Part shown: piece after piece, positions 1 through 11,854 of the stretch
Layout of the letters: the number at the start of each line of letters is the position of its first letter
Position numbering within the stretch: the first letter of the stretch is position 1
Source: Tubiluchus corallicola
Lineage: Eukaryota > Animalia > Priapulida
Assembly: GCA_030141605.1 (NCBI GenBank)
Contig: JAQGDQ010000117.1
Coordinates: forward strand, 434,001-498,000
Length of the DNA: 64,000 bases
Direction: 5' to 3'
The notes under the pieces: generated by a model
Told to the model about the DNA's origin: nothing
The model's input: only the letters and a program-made list of their open reading frames with translations
Databases searched by the model: none
Position numbers and translations under genes: made by a program

Positions 1-51
1 CGCCAGCAATAACAATTAAATTAAAACTTGAGCACATGTATTTACTTTCAG

Positions 52-1587
52 GCTTTTATAGCATGCGCTTATGCAAGCTATGATGATGACATCAAATACC
101 CCTGGACGCGGGGAGAAAGGCATTACATCGGTTACATTCCACCAGCCAGCGAATATGGACCACGTAAGTGAAACGGGTAGCTCTATTCACATGAATCACG
201 CACACACGCACTGCAAGCGATCACTTACAGCAGCAGCACCGCACGCAAGCTTTCGCAGCATAATCACTCGCGGTGAAGCTGCGTAAGCCATAAAACCGAC
301 AAACCTCTGAACAGTATACGCAATTGAGTTCATTTTGGTATTGTATGATCTAAGACATACTATTAGGCTAGCGAAAAACTGTATATTTTGTTTTGAAACT
401 TTCAAATACAAAATAAACTAGTTTTAAAAAGCTACACGTACAATTTAAATTATACTATACTGTTAAATGCCACAGCGCTATGTATTTGTAGTTTTACTAA
501 AATAAACTAAAAAAGCAACGCTACAGGCTCACTATGAGTCAAAACTTAAGTTTTTGCAATTTTGTAAAGCTTTTAAGTAGTAAAAAGCTCTTTCAAAATT
601 GATAAACTTAAAAATGCAACAGCCAGCATACACCTGAGCTCCAAAAAAAGAACATGCTTTGACTTGTTAACTCAGAGCATAATCTTTTTTTGGGTAAAAA
701 TTTTGCAGTTTCGAAATGCTTTTATGTAACATCTATTGAAATGAAATTTTATATCACTGCTAAAAATTCGTAATGAATGGGCCTAGTGATCATCTGTTCT
801 GAAGCTCCAAAAAGGACCTTTGACGTACGAAGATTGAAGTTGTCTTACTTTGGAGCCAAACACTACAGTTGATTAAAATAAGCATGTCACGTTGGTGGCA
901 TTGCCACTATTGCACATGCATTTATCACCATTGCATCACCAAGCAATTCACTGCTTATTGCACTGCCTCACTGCTGCACTTTTTTATTTTCTTACAGCAC
1001 CATTTCATCGATTTGGTGGACGCGGGGGATTTGGAGGACACGGGGGTTTCGGAGGACGTGGATTCGGAGGACATGGGTTCGGAGGACATGGTGGTGGGCA
1101 TGGGGGATTTGGGGGGCACGGTGGTGGATATGGTCGGTAAACACTATTTTAATATCACTTTCCAGCACGAAATCAAGGTGGTGGTGGACATGGTGGCGGC
1201 AGCAGTGGTGGTGGACATGGTGGCGGTGGACACGGCAGCAGCGGTGGAGGATATGGTGGCAGCAGCGGCGGCCATGGTGGCGGTAGTGGAGGATATGGCG
1301 GTAGCAGCGGTGGTGGAGGACATGGTGGTAGCAGTTGTTGCCCCTGCAGCGGCGGAGGATATGGTGGCAGCAGTGGTGGTGGACATTAAAATGTATTTTT
1401 AATATAACTTCCAGCTCAAAGACATGGCGGCGGTGGACACGGTGGTAGTGGACATGGTGGCAGGGGTGGTGGATTCGGTGGGTATGGACATGGTGGTGGA
1501 CAAACCTACTCCGGCTATGTACGTGGACCTGGCAAAACCAGCTTTGGCATTGGCCTTGGATTTCCTATCACTAATGGACGTCACTAA
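52..1587 (+). CDS. Gly/His-rich, probably secreted protein, 5'-partial. Exon 52-163, then Gly-rich blocks 998-1140, 1166-1389 and 1415-1587
   Basis: Exon 52-163 (tttcag|...|gtaagt) reads AFIACAYA-SYDDDIKYPWTRGERHYIGYIPPASEYGP, resembling the end of a signal peptide, and ends in phase 1. Three downstream acceptors (ttacag 997, ttccag 1165, ttccag 1414) each open a Gly-rich phase-1 frame: PFHRFGGRGGFGGH...GGYGR*, RNQGGGGHGGGSS...CCPCS...GGH*, QRHGGGGH...TNGRH*. Confidence 0.8.
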
Positions 1588-3367
1588 AATTGCACCATTT
1601 TTTCTTCTTGCTGGAAAGAATTAATCCGCTAAGCTAACAATTATTATATTCAAATAACAACACTATCACTGTTGTTGTCGTATTATAGTAATGACAGTAT
1701 TGCCATTATTTGTTATTATAAGTTTGTTGAGATGTTAATGTCCGTTTCGTAATGTCCAGAACCAATTCCAAAGATTTATGTTTGTTTACAATTGTTAAGT
1801 ACTATATTATGCGTCGTTAACTTGTTGAGGTTGTTATTATTACTATTATTTTAACCACTATGGTATTAAATTAGCTAGTTTTAAAAAGTATTATCGAAAA
1901 ACTGCACAGAAAGATAATAAGAGTTCGGCCCATATGCATTCATTCAAAAGTTTATAACTTTATATGGAAGTTTGTAGGCGTCTTACCCTAATGTTCATCT
2001 AACAGCATAGTGTAGCTATGTAATCAAATTCAAATTCTGTTGTAAAAAATGTTTTCCCATCTGACAGTAATTTCTTTGTTTCAAAGGCATACTTTTTTCA
2101 CGATTTATTTATTCCTGGACACACAACTTTTTGTCATTCCTGCGCCCCACAAAGAGTCAGGCGCTTTCCCAGGCTTTCAACGTTCTACAAATGCTGGAAT
2201 GAATGTAGCGAATACTTACATATTTGTAACCGTACTAGGGTGTTTGTGATGTACACGTAATTTTTTGCATTTTTGTATTACAACATGTTTAGCCTACCGA
2301 TGTATGGGCCAGAGAATATACACTAATTAAACATTCTTTACTTGTTTCTTGCACAGATATTGCGTAATCGAACGTAGAAAACAGCCGACTGTACTTACCT
2401 GTTTATAAATTTTGTAATAAACACTTTTCATTTTAAAAATATGCGTTTTTATTCCTTTGCAATTTGGATTTCTCTAATGCTTTCCTGACAAGTACCAAAG
2501 ATTACATCTATATGAATTACGAAATACCCCATTCAATTTCGAGTAGCCTACAATAACGCAGAGTGCATTTCCACTGAAAATTTTCTTGAACATGTAAGTT
2601 GACAGGCATTGCGTTTCACCGCTGTGCACTATCTCAATTTAAACAACATTTTAATTATGTAAGGAACTTAGAACAGAGTAGAAATAGCAAAAGCATGGAA
2701 AACAAAACTTGTAATGTCAATTTTTCATCAAAACAGCACCATTTTGTGTATACTTACTGTGTACGAAAATGCGAATACAATCAACGATGTTCGTTTAAAG
2801 CTAGTACTTATCAGCGTAGCTCGGCTCCATTTTAAATTTATTTTGTGCCAATTTTATTTAAAACAAAACGAATTGCTTTAATTCAAATTAAAATCACATT
2901 AACGTGGCAAAAATGTCTACTAGCTTTTCTCAACTGCTTCTAAGTTAAAATAAAATTTCCAGAGTTTGTCTATGAGGTCTAACAATGATATCAAATATGA
3001 TGATCGCCGATATCAATAATGATGATCGCCGATCAAATATTTAAAAGCTGAAAAATGGAAAGTGCTTTAATAAAACATAGGCCTACAATGACAAACACAA
3101 CTAACTGCACTAGAAATTTCATGATAAGCATGATAAATGTATTACTTTCTTTAAATTTACAAAATGAGTTATACAAACAAAAGAAACAAAATAGAACTAG
3201 AGCTGATGAAATTTCCAAAATATGTAATTTATGTACTTCTAAATTAGCCTTTAACAAAAGTTCATAATTAGAAGAAAATATCCAGTTTCCTTACAAATTA
3301 AACGGCTGCCTATTTGTGTTTGCAGCTTATAACAGTTGAATGAATGTTGTGGCGCTGCTGAACACTT

Positions 3368-3960
3368 TTAAGCTAATGATACATTTGCGTTCGCGACTCG
3401 CGTGCGCGTTCACGCGCTACTGGAGGTGATACATTAGAGCAACTGGATTGGCACGTACGCGTGCGATACTAGAAATACAGTACTCCATTATTTGGCGGGA
3501 ATTTGTGTTATCTCGTTAATTGTGGGCGATGGAAGATAAAAAATTGTTTGTTTGATGATTATTCGATTATTGTTTAGACGAAAAAGGAGAACAAGAAATA
3601 AGATAATTTAGCAGCACGAATGGCTAGCTAAGAGGTATAAACACGGTGTTTATCACAAACTGTTGCCTGATTCACAATCTTGTGATTTTACGAATGGATG
3701 TTCAAACATTCAGTGAATTAGTTGATTTGGTTATGCCTTTCGTTGAGCGTCAGAACACTAAATTTCGATATTGTGTGTCACCTGCAGAAAGACTAGCAAT
3801 AACTCTGCGATATTTAGCTACAGGGGACTCTACAATTTTCTGACCTACAATATGTATTTCGTATGCACAGAACAACTATTGGCAGCATTATTCCTGAAAC
3901 GTGTGATGCTTTAGTTCATGCGTTGTCAAAAGACTATAAAATTTCCTACTGATGTACATG
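3368..3960 (+). mobile_element. PIF/Harbinger transposon remnant (transposase N-terminal part, frameshifted)
   Basis: LRMDVQTFSELVDLV...RQNTKFRYCVSPAERLAITLRYLATGD, followed in another frame by FRMHRTTIGSIIPETCDAL, matches Harbinger transposase motifs. CG-rich terminal-like sequence at ~3368-3470. Confidence 0.8.
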
Positions 3961-4025
3961 ACTGCAAAAAAAATCGCAGTTATTTGAGGAAAGCCAAATT
4001 ACTCATGATGTTTGAATTAACAGAC

Positions 4026-4042
4026 ATAAATTTAGTTTTAGC

Positions 4043-4092
<50 letters not shown>

Positions 4093-4126
4093 AGGGAGGA
4101 GAGAGGGGGAGAGAGACAGAAAGAGA

Positions 4127-4162
<36 letters not shown>

Positions 4163-4203
4163 GGACAGGGGGGAGAGAAAGAAAGAGGGAGAAAGAGACA
4201 GAG
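4026..4203. repeat. (GA)n microsatellite
   Basis: Directly visible. Confidence 0.95.
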
Positions 4204-4419
4204 ATTATATTAATTTTATAGTATTACACAGCTGTTTCACATTTTAGAATAATTACAAAGTTTTTCATTGCACGCTCACATTGTTATGTTAAACAATAAG
4301 AAGAATTAATACTAAAACTGCAGCAGTAAAAAGCCGCGCCGTGGTGAAATAATTAAATGTAATTTTTGAAGCTGGGCACTACATTCATTTACGTCTTTAC
4401 CACATGAGATTTTGGCCAC

Positions 4420-4455
4420 TCACTGACCAGCCTCGGCGTTGCTTAACTTCGTTAA
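4420..4455 (-). pseudogene. Short 5S rRNA-derived fragment (5S pseudogene or SINE3-like head)
   Basis: Minus strand reads cgaagttaagcaacgccgaggctggtcagt, resembling the 5S rRNA box A/internal control region. Confidence 0.4.
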
Positions 4456-4865
4456 AAAACACAGACAATGACAACTCGGCTATTCGTTGCGTCTCGAAGT
4501 ATCAAAACAAAGTGTTATTTTAAACACTTGCTATGTCATGCACTAAAATATATGCAAATACGCACACTGTACAAACACCAATATCAGACTGAAAACTGGT
4601 TTTGTAACTATGTTGACATTTTAATATACAATATGTTTTAGCCACTTTTATTTTAAGTTTCCAAAATAGCGAACAGCTTTAACTCAAATTAGAACCACTT
4701 TTTGACGGTTAAAAAAACTCCAAAAACTAGAGGGTATCAAATGATACCTAACGCCTTTCAAGACTTTGTTAGTAAAATCTTAGAATGAGTTATACACATA
4801 TTACACACTAATACAAACAAGAAGAAAAAACTTTGAAGTACAGCTGGTGAATATTGTAATTTATT

Positions 4866-5592
4866 TAGGGTGGCACAGAAAAGATGCACCAAAGTTTAGA
4901 CTAAAATAATAAAGTAAGTAACTAAGTGGCCCCCAAAGATTAAATTAAACTGTGTGGTACATGCATTACAATACATTAGCTTTTGTCTGTGAAAGTTAAA
5001 AAGTTTATTACTTTAGTGCTTTAAGTTACGGACGAAAAGCTTTTGCATCTTGAAGTTAAATGCCAGCTATAATCATCAATTGAAAAATAGCTACGCTACC
5101 GTATAAACTACACTCAACACATGGCAGCAAAACAGTAAAGAAATCAACCAGTTCACAACATGGTCTTCACCATAGAAAATAAACGAGTGATAAAGAATTG
5201 TTGTCAAGCAAAAATGTCAATGGAAATAAGCGAGAAGCTGCGTCGGCTGCTAAAAGTACAGACGAATATAACTAAAATTATTTATCACGTCGCTGGCTAT
5301 AAGAAACACCTTCGTCTAGTTTGTACTGATAATGGTGGGCAAATAGAGCAATTGCAGTTAATTTTAACTACATGTATACACGTGAAAATTTTCCGGCTAT
5401 TATTTTTTTTGAAATGTTGATTTAAAACTTCTGCATCACTGTATCTTTAGAGAAATCTAAGGTAATGACGTAAAATTTTTGGCGTTTATACATAAGCGTC
5501 TACAACATCAGTGATAATTTTCAAGGGCTTCCGTTATTTTCTTCTCTTACAATGTCATAATCAAAACTTGGCGCATCTTTCCTGATGCCTGA
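4866..5592. mobile_element. Non-autonomous DNA transposon remnant with imperfect terminal inverted repeats (Tc1/mariner-like)
   Basis: Left cagaaaagatgcaccaaagttt versus reverse complement of right end caggaaagatgcgccaagttt. Confidence 0.45.
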
Positions 5593-5732
5593 TACCGTAT
5601 ATACATATCCTAACTAGGCCTTTTTAACTCTATTACATAAATACAAAATACAAAAACGAATATAAATACGAGAATTAATTACAACCTAGTACTACTTATC
5701 AGAGCTGAGATCAACCAGTTACCATATGAGAC

Positions 5733-6006
5733 CTGTAGCGGATAGCCCTATAGGCTGAAGCCTAAGGCCCGGGATCAAAAGGGGCCCGGCAAAATAATCG
5801 CTGTAATCGTGTTTATATAGTCCTAGACAACTCAAGGATCAAGAAGATATAATTTTTATCACAATCGGTGGGCAAAAACTCAAAAATTAAACAAACTTAC
5901 TAACGACGAGAGCTCCACAAAACATGTCAGCTCAGCAGTGTAGCAACATTTAAAAGGCCCGTTCCAAGCTCAAGCCTAAGGCCCATAAAATCATAATCCG
6001 CTACTG
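5733..6006 (+). mobile_element. hAT-type MITE, copy 1
   Basis: TIRs ctgtagcggat ... atccgctactg; near-identical 8-bp flanks tatgagac/catgagat; both ends match 12866-13272 in reverse orientation. Confidence 0.75.
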
Positions 6007-7065
6007 CATGAGATCACTTATCAGCAGGTTAAATAAGCAAAATTGATATACGTTACGGTATTGTGTAACATTTAGACATAGCATAAAATTCCTAGGCATT
6101 TCATGTGACATCTATACATTTCAGGGAGTGTGAAATAAATGTTTTGGTGTCGCATCTTCACACCTAGACGTTTTGGATAATAGCTAGAATCTGTACAAGA
6201 ATGCGAAGTGATTTTTGCAAAGTATAAAATGAACATAATTCGTATTAAATCCAACTTTTCCTAGACTTATTTCTACTATACCTTGGTTTAGTATTGAATG
6301 CATAAAACGGCTTAATCACACCTACTTAAGCATGAGTTCAAGTAAGCATTCAAGGAGCTTGTGCTTTTTCACTGACATTGATATCATTCACATGATTAAT
6401 TAATTGTTGGTATTTTCCATCACCTAGAAAAACAATGTTCATTGCTTTATTTGCCTGCTCTTTTCTAAACTGAACTTTTGCTTGAAGTGCTAGCTACCTA
6501 TTTTAACACACAAATTTGCAAGTACATAAAATACGACTTACTTCGCACAAGCTCTACAACAAAATTGCCATCACACAAAATGCCTAGAAAAATTTCTTCA
6601 AAACAATTGGCTATTTATTTTACATTCACATTACCTAAAATTTATTCAACGTTCTATAAAATGCCTAGTAACAGCATATCTGAAACAACAGAATTACACG
6701 CTTTGCCTAGACAAACTTTTGCATAATATATTGCCTAGGAAAAGAAGAAATTATTTTCGACACTTTCGTGTCTGTTTTGGCAGTTCATGAAATGCAAGCA
6801 TTGAAAAGAAAACACTGTTTCACGCTTTGCCTCTAATACATACAATGAGTAAGGCGATTTAAGAGTTTTGCGTTAACCATATTTAACTCTAGAGTAACTT
6901 TCTTACTGAATTATAAAATGACTGGGTAACAAAATTCAAAAAGCAGAGGAATATATCGAATATTTTATAAAGAAGAAACTTTTATAAACGTAACATTAAA
7001 TATAATATATGGTAACTTGTAAGTAGTGGGAAATTTTTGACACACACAAAAAAGCTTTTAAAATC

Positions 7066-10000
7066 TCAAGAGTCATTAACATTTATTACCACCCTACAGG
7101 CACTCACAAGCAGCTTTGCTTCACAGTTTGGTGCAGGTAAGGTCTGGATAGATAGCTTGTTTTTACCTTTCTTGAAAGGACAAAATGAAAGAACAAATTT
7201 ACCATGTTCTGTTAATGCAGGCTGCTGTATTCCATTTAACAAAACAGATTGGACAGCACAGGCACCATGCATTCTGCACAACATCTCAGCAAATGTAATT
7301 TTGGCATATGCTATAAACAGCAGCGAACAGATCTTCTCTTGAGGTTTTTCTTGGGGCTGCCATGAGAATTCAATTTCACATGTTGTACTTTCATTCAAGG
7401 CAAAGCATTGTACTGGAAATATTTCATTTTCTATAGTGGCATTATTATTTAAAGTGTGTTCGATGACCCTGAAAAAAGCTGTTTTCAGTCGCTTATCATG
7501 ACTTTCAATGCACTTAACACATTCAATGTGACCATTTGAATTAGCTATTTGTAGAGCAGCAAAGCCATTTGGTGAAAACAGTGAGTAATTTGCACCAAAA
7601 GACAGCAGCCTAGACACAACTGCGACGTGGCCCTTTTTACAGGCTTTCATTAAAGCAGTTTCACCAGTAGAGGTAACCAAGTTTAAATGTGCACCCATCT
7701 CGATCAAAATGCCTACAACACAAGAATGTCCTTGTTCAGCAGCATGAATTAAAGCAGTCATGCCATTTTTTTGTTGGGTATTTATTCTGGCACCATTTAA
7801 CACCAAAATCTCACAGATGTCTTCAAAACCTGATACAGCGGCCATCATTAGCAGTGTCATGCCAGCACCAGTGCATTCGTTCAAGTTATAGGCACAAGAG
7901 GTACGTAGAGCTTGCAAAACCTTACTGTAGTCTCCATCTTTGACAGCTTGACGAAACTCCTCAGGACTAATATCGCATTTTCTGGCATTTGAAAGAGGCA
8001 AGCTAGGTACTCTGATAAGGTCTTTTTCATCATGAAAATCAAAGTCAGATTTCTTCTGAGTTTCCAGTCCAGTGTGGCTGTGCAGGTGCGTTTTCTTTGT
8101 TTGTGGATGGCTTTTGTAATTTTCCTCAAATTGTTTATTAGAAGTGTTTTCCTTATTACTAGAATTGCCAGTAATATCCCTATTTTTATCTTTACCTTTA
8201 TTCAACTTCTCAGCTAGGTTTTCACTGGAATCATTCTTTCTAATTGTCGTGTCATCATCCTCTTCAAGATCACTGCATTTTCTACCAGGCTGACAGCCAT
8301 TCTGCTTTTCGTTACAGCTAGAGCTAAGAGCTTGTGTGTGAGACAAACTTTTGCTAAGTGTCGTCCAAATACTGCCACTAGATTCAGAGCTAGTAAGTGA
8401 TTTATCATTTTGAGTCTTGTTTGATGTTTCAATCTTAGTAGTTGTAGCTAATTTAAGATTACCATCGTTAGATGTGTCCACGAATTCTGAGTTAAGCATT
8501 GGTGCTAGTTCATCAAAGCTGTTTCTACACCTCTCTCTTGCAAAATTTTGAATTTTGGCAGTTTCTGTAGCATCCCCATGGATAGTTGTATCATAGCTAA
8601 TGACACTGGGCTCAATGGCAGAAGACACTTCATCACCGAAAGACTTCAGGATTTCCTTTTTAGGCTGTTGCTGCACTTTTGCAGAATCTGCGACAACGGG
8701 CAATTCTTGAGAACTAATCACATTATCTGCTTTGTCCATAAAACCCATAATGATATCTGTATTTTCAAGCAATTTACCGCAATTTTCTTGTGTGGTGTGA
8801 GAATTTTTTGCAACATCTGCTTCAGCGGTTTTACTACAGCTTTTCTCCACATCAGCAGATAGGTCACTGGCATCTGCATAACGAGATTTCACACAACCAT
8901 CTTGTAGTTCAGTTTGGACTCCTAAATGGTCAAGTTTGCTGCTTAAATTTTCTGGCAGGAGTTGCACTTTACCACTGCCACCCACTACTGGTTTTTCTTT
9001 AAAAGACGGCGTAGCATTTTTGAAGTCAACAGGTTCTACAACGACAGACAATTCTCGAGAATTAATCACGCTCTCCGGTTTGCACTTAGAACTGCTAATA
9101 ACATCTGCACAAAATCTAGTGACATCTTCAAGTGATCTAGCATAATTTTCACATTGGCTGTTATATTTTTCCAAACTATCTGTTCCAAGAGGTTTAGTAC
9201 AGCCTTCATGCAGGTTAACCTTGTGTGGTTGTTCAGTTTTATTATTTAATTTGTCATTACTAATTACAGATTTTGTAATACCTTTATCTGCACTTTCAGC
9301 ACTATTCGTGGAACTCTGTCTCATGTTTATTGGCAAATCAATATTTGGGCTCTCTGGACATTTTTTAATATCTACAGAACACTTGGCAATTGAAGACAAA
9401 AAATCAGCAGCTTTGGCAGGACGACTTTTGGAAATAAAGTCAGGCAAATCAGGCTCAGAGTTTGTTGATGGTGTTAGCAAGTCCTCTGTTTTGATCACAG
9501 ATTTCAAACTGACACTAGCATTAGAAGGAATATTAGTGCGTTTCAGAGTAACTTTGCATTTGCCTAAAAATGATTCAGGAGAGCTGGTATCTTGGACTGG
9601 AAATTTCTCAACTGGAGTTTGGAGCTGCAGATCAATATTAACTTTTCTAATATTAATAAAAGGTAAATCGTAGTCAGAAGAACTCAAATCAGATTTAATC
9701 TCAGTTTCAAGACCTGGCTTTTGCTCACTTACAGTTTCAACTTTTTTTAAATGTTCATCGAATGTGTCCACCAATTCACCCTCTTCTAGACTACTATCCA
9801 GTTTTCTTGGCGTGAACGTAGAGACTGGTGACTGCTCAACCAGTGTGCCATCATTACTTTTGAAAAGGTCTTCATCTAGGCCACATGTGTTTTTACTTGA
9901 AGGTGGTTCAAGATACTCCTTTTCCTTGAGTTTTTTATTAGTTGATGATTCCTTCTTGTCTTTTACACTGTAGACTTTGGATCTTGCACCACGCAACTTA

Positions 10001-10605
10001 ACCCTTTCACAAACATCCGACCCAAGCTTGTAAGCCCTTTCTGCTTCAGTATCGTTGCTCCCTCTTGACCGATTATCACAACTATCTTCGTCACTCATTA
10101 TATCTGCTTTTTGCATATACTTTCGCTTTCGACGTCGTTGTTTTCCTTCATATTCTTCTACTAAGTCCTTGCAACTTAGAAGATTTTCATACGGTTCCCA
10201 AGTATCTGATTCTGAATCCCAGCCTACCCATCTCACTCGATACATAGTTGGACCGCCCTACAAAAAAATTATTATTTTAGTACATTTAAGTGCAAAGCAG
10301 ACAGAACATTAATGAAGAAAAAAATTATACCCCTTTTTGTTACACTCTAAAATTTGGCGACAAAGTAATTACATTTTCGACTTTGTTACTAAACTCAATT
10401 ATAATTGCAACATCAGGACACGGTATAACTGAATTATCTACATAATGTAGTGGCAATGCGCTAAGCAAAATGTCTTTGACGTGCTATACTTGCAGAAACT
10501 AATGACACTGTGAAAAACTGCAATGTCAATCAATACCGAGGTCATTTGTGTCAGTAACAGCCAAAGTACTGAAAACAGCAATAACATGAGGTAACACAAT
10601 TTAAC

Positions 10606-10688
<83 letters not shown>

Positions 10689-10933
10689 CTTCAAAATGTA
10701 TTTTCTATGTAACGATGACAGAAGATAGTTACACAATCAGAATAAATATGACTTCTTTTCTCCCCAGTATACTCTAAAAACTCCAGAGAGCTTTTATGTT
10801 ATAAAATGATGCTTGCCTCATAATCACAACGAGTGTCAACAATTTTTTCGACTTCATACACATCCTCACCCGACTCTGAAGAATCAATATCCTCTTCACT
10901 TGTGTGAGTATCTGCTGTTTTGTTAGGACACAT
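7066..10933 (-). CDS. MPHOSPH8: M-phase phosphoprotein 8 (MPP8, HUSH complex subunit), ~1102 aa. Coding exons 10933-10817 and 10257-7066
   Basis: Spliced chromodomain EDVYEVEKIVDTRCDYE|GGPTMYRVRWVGWDSESDTWEPYENL with the aromatic cage (Y/W/W) intact; ankyrin repeats (GMTLLMMAA, GMTALIHAAEQGH, GETALMKACKKGH); MPP8-type C-terminus GACAVQSVLLN...FVLSFCP...NKLSIQ...KLLVSACRV. Intron 10816-10258 is GC-AG (GAG|gcaagc ... ttgtag|GGC). Confidence 0.92.
10608..10682. repeat. (TA)n microsatellite in the MPP8 intron
   Basis: Directly visible. Confidence 0.95.
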
Positions 10934-11854
10934 TATCTGAAAAGCACAAAATTATTAACGTTTTTTTATTGCAACTGGCAACAAAGTGAAAGTCCAACCA
11001 CCAGTCTGTCACTGTTATGCAATGGCGTTAGTCAGCCTGCAAATGGCTACAATTACTGAACCAGTTCATTACGATTCTTTTAATATCATAAAAATGTTAG
11101 ATTAGAACTAGAAGTAGTATATGTTCTCTATGGAGAAAATGAATAATGTTAACTTCAAAAACAAACTCCAGTGCATCCCTGTGTTTTAATACTTTAAAAT
11201 ACCCTTTCAAGAGTAGAGACACATTTATTGCAAACCAGTTAACTACTATGTGTTTATGACCTAACAGAAACAAATCATTGCACATAAATTAAATTACCAC
11301 TGCATTATGTGTGATGAAGCGGCTATTCATATTGTTGTGGCATGTATTGACGACCTCTTAAGAGCCAAGTGCTTCTAAAAAATACCATGAAATTATACTA
11401 CCAGATGACTTTAAAAAAAACTTTATTTTCTTACTTATGATTTTGCCTGCTTTCAGCGTTCTCGCCGTTGAAACCATAACCGTGGTGAACCGTTCTGCAA
11501 CAGCAGTAAAGTCCCGAAATAACAAGACGCACTGTCTGTATTAAATAAGCCTATTTTTCCCTAGACGCGCAGTTATTACAAAGTACAGCTAGCAGAAGGG
11601 CAGCCTCCAGTGCCGCCGCCGTCGCTGCCGCCTAGCTTAGTTGTCTAACCAACGATGTCTCTTCAACTATAATTACAATTTATGGTGAAACCGGACAATT
11701 TTCTGGCTACATGCACTGACCAGTGCACTGCATACTCTATGTGCACGAGAGGCACCATATCATACCATTATTTTAGCGTTACATTTTGGGTTCGATAGAC
11801 TACACTATTCAAATGACTCTTGCTATGTCAGCATTATTATAATTATTATAATTT

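Noticed and set aside
1137-1165. 29-nt intron using the donor cg|gtaaac
   Set aside because: It shifts block 2 into a Trp-rich nonsense frame; only phase-1 entry gives the Gly-rich reading.
869-1624. ORFs 869-1402, 1424-1624, 1144-1386 and 1399-1584 (DMVVV.../TTTAA...)
   Set aside because: Off-frame or antisense shadows of the Gly-rich blocks; the splice phases support the Gly frame.
3918-4247. ERERER ORF
   Set aside because: Translation of a (GA)n microsatellite.
7037-10312. Several plus-strand and alternate-frame ORFs over MPP8
   Set aside because: Antisense or alternate-frame shadows of the long coding exon, with no recognisable motifs.
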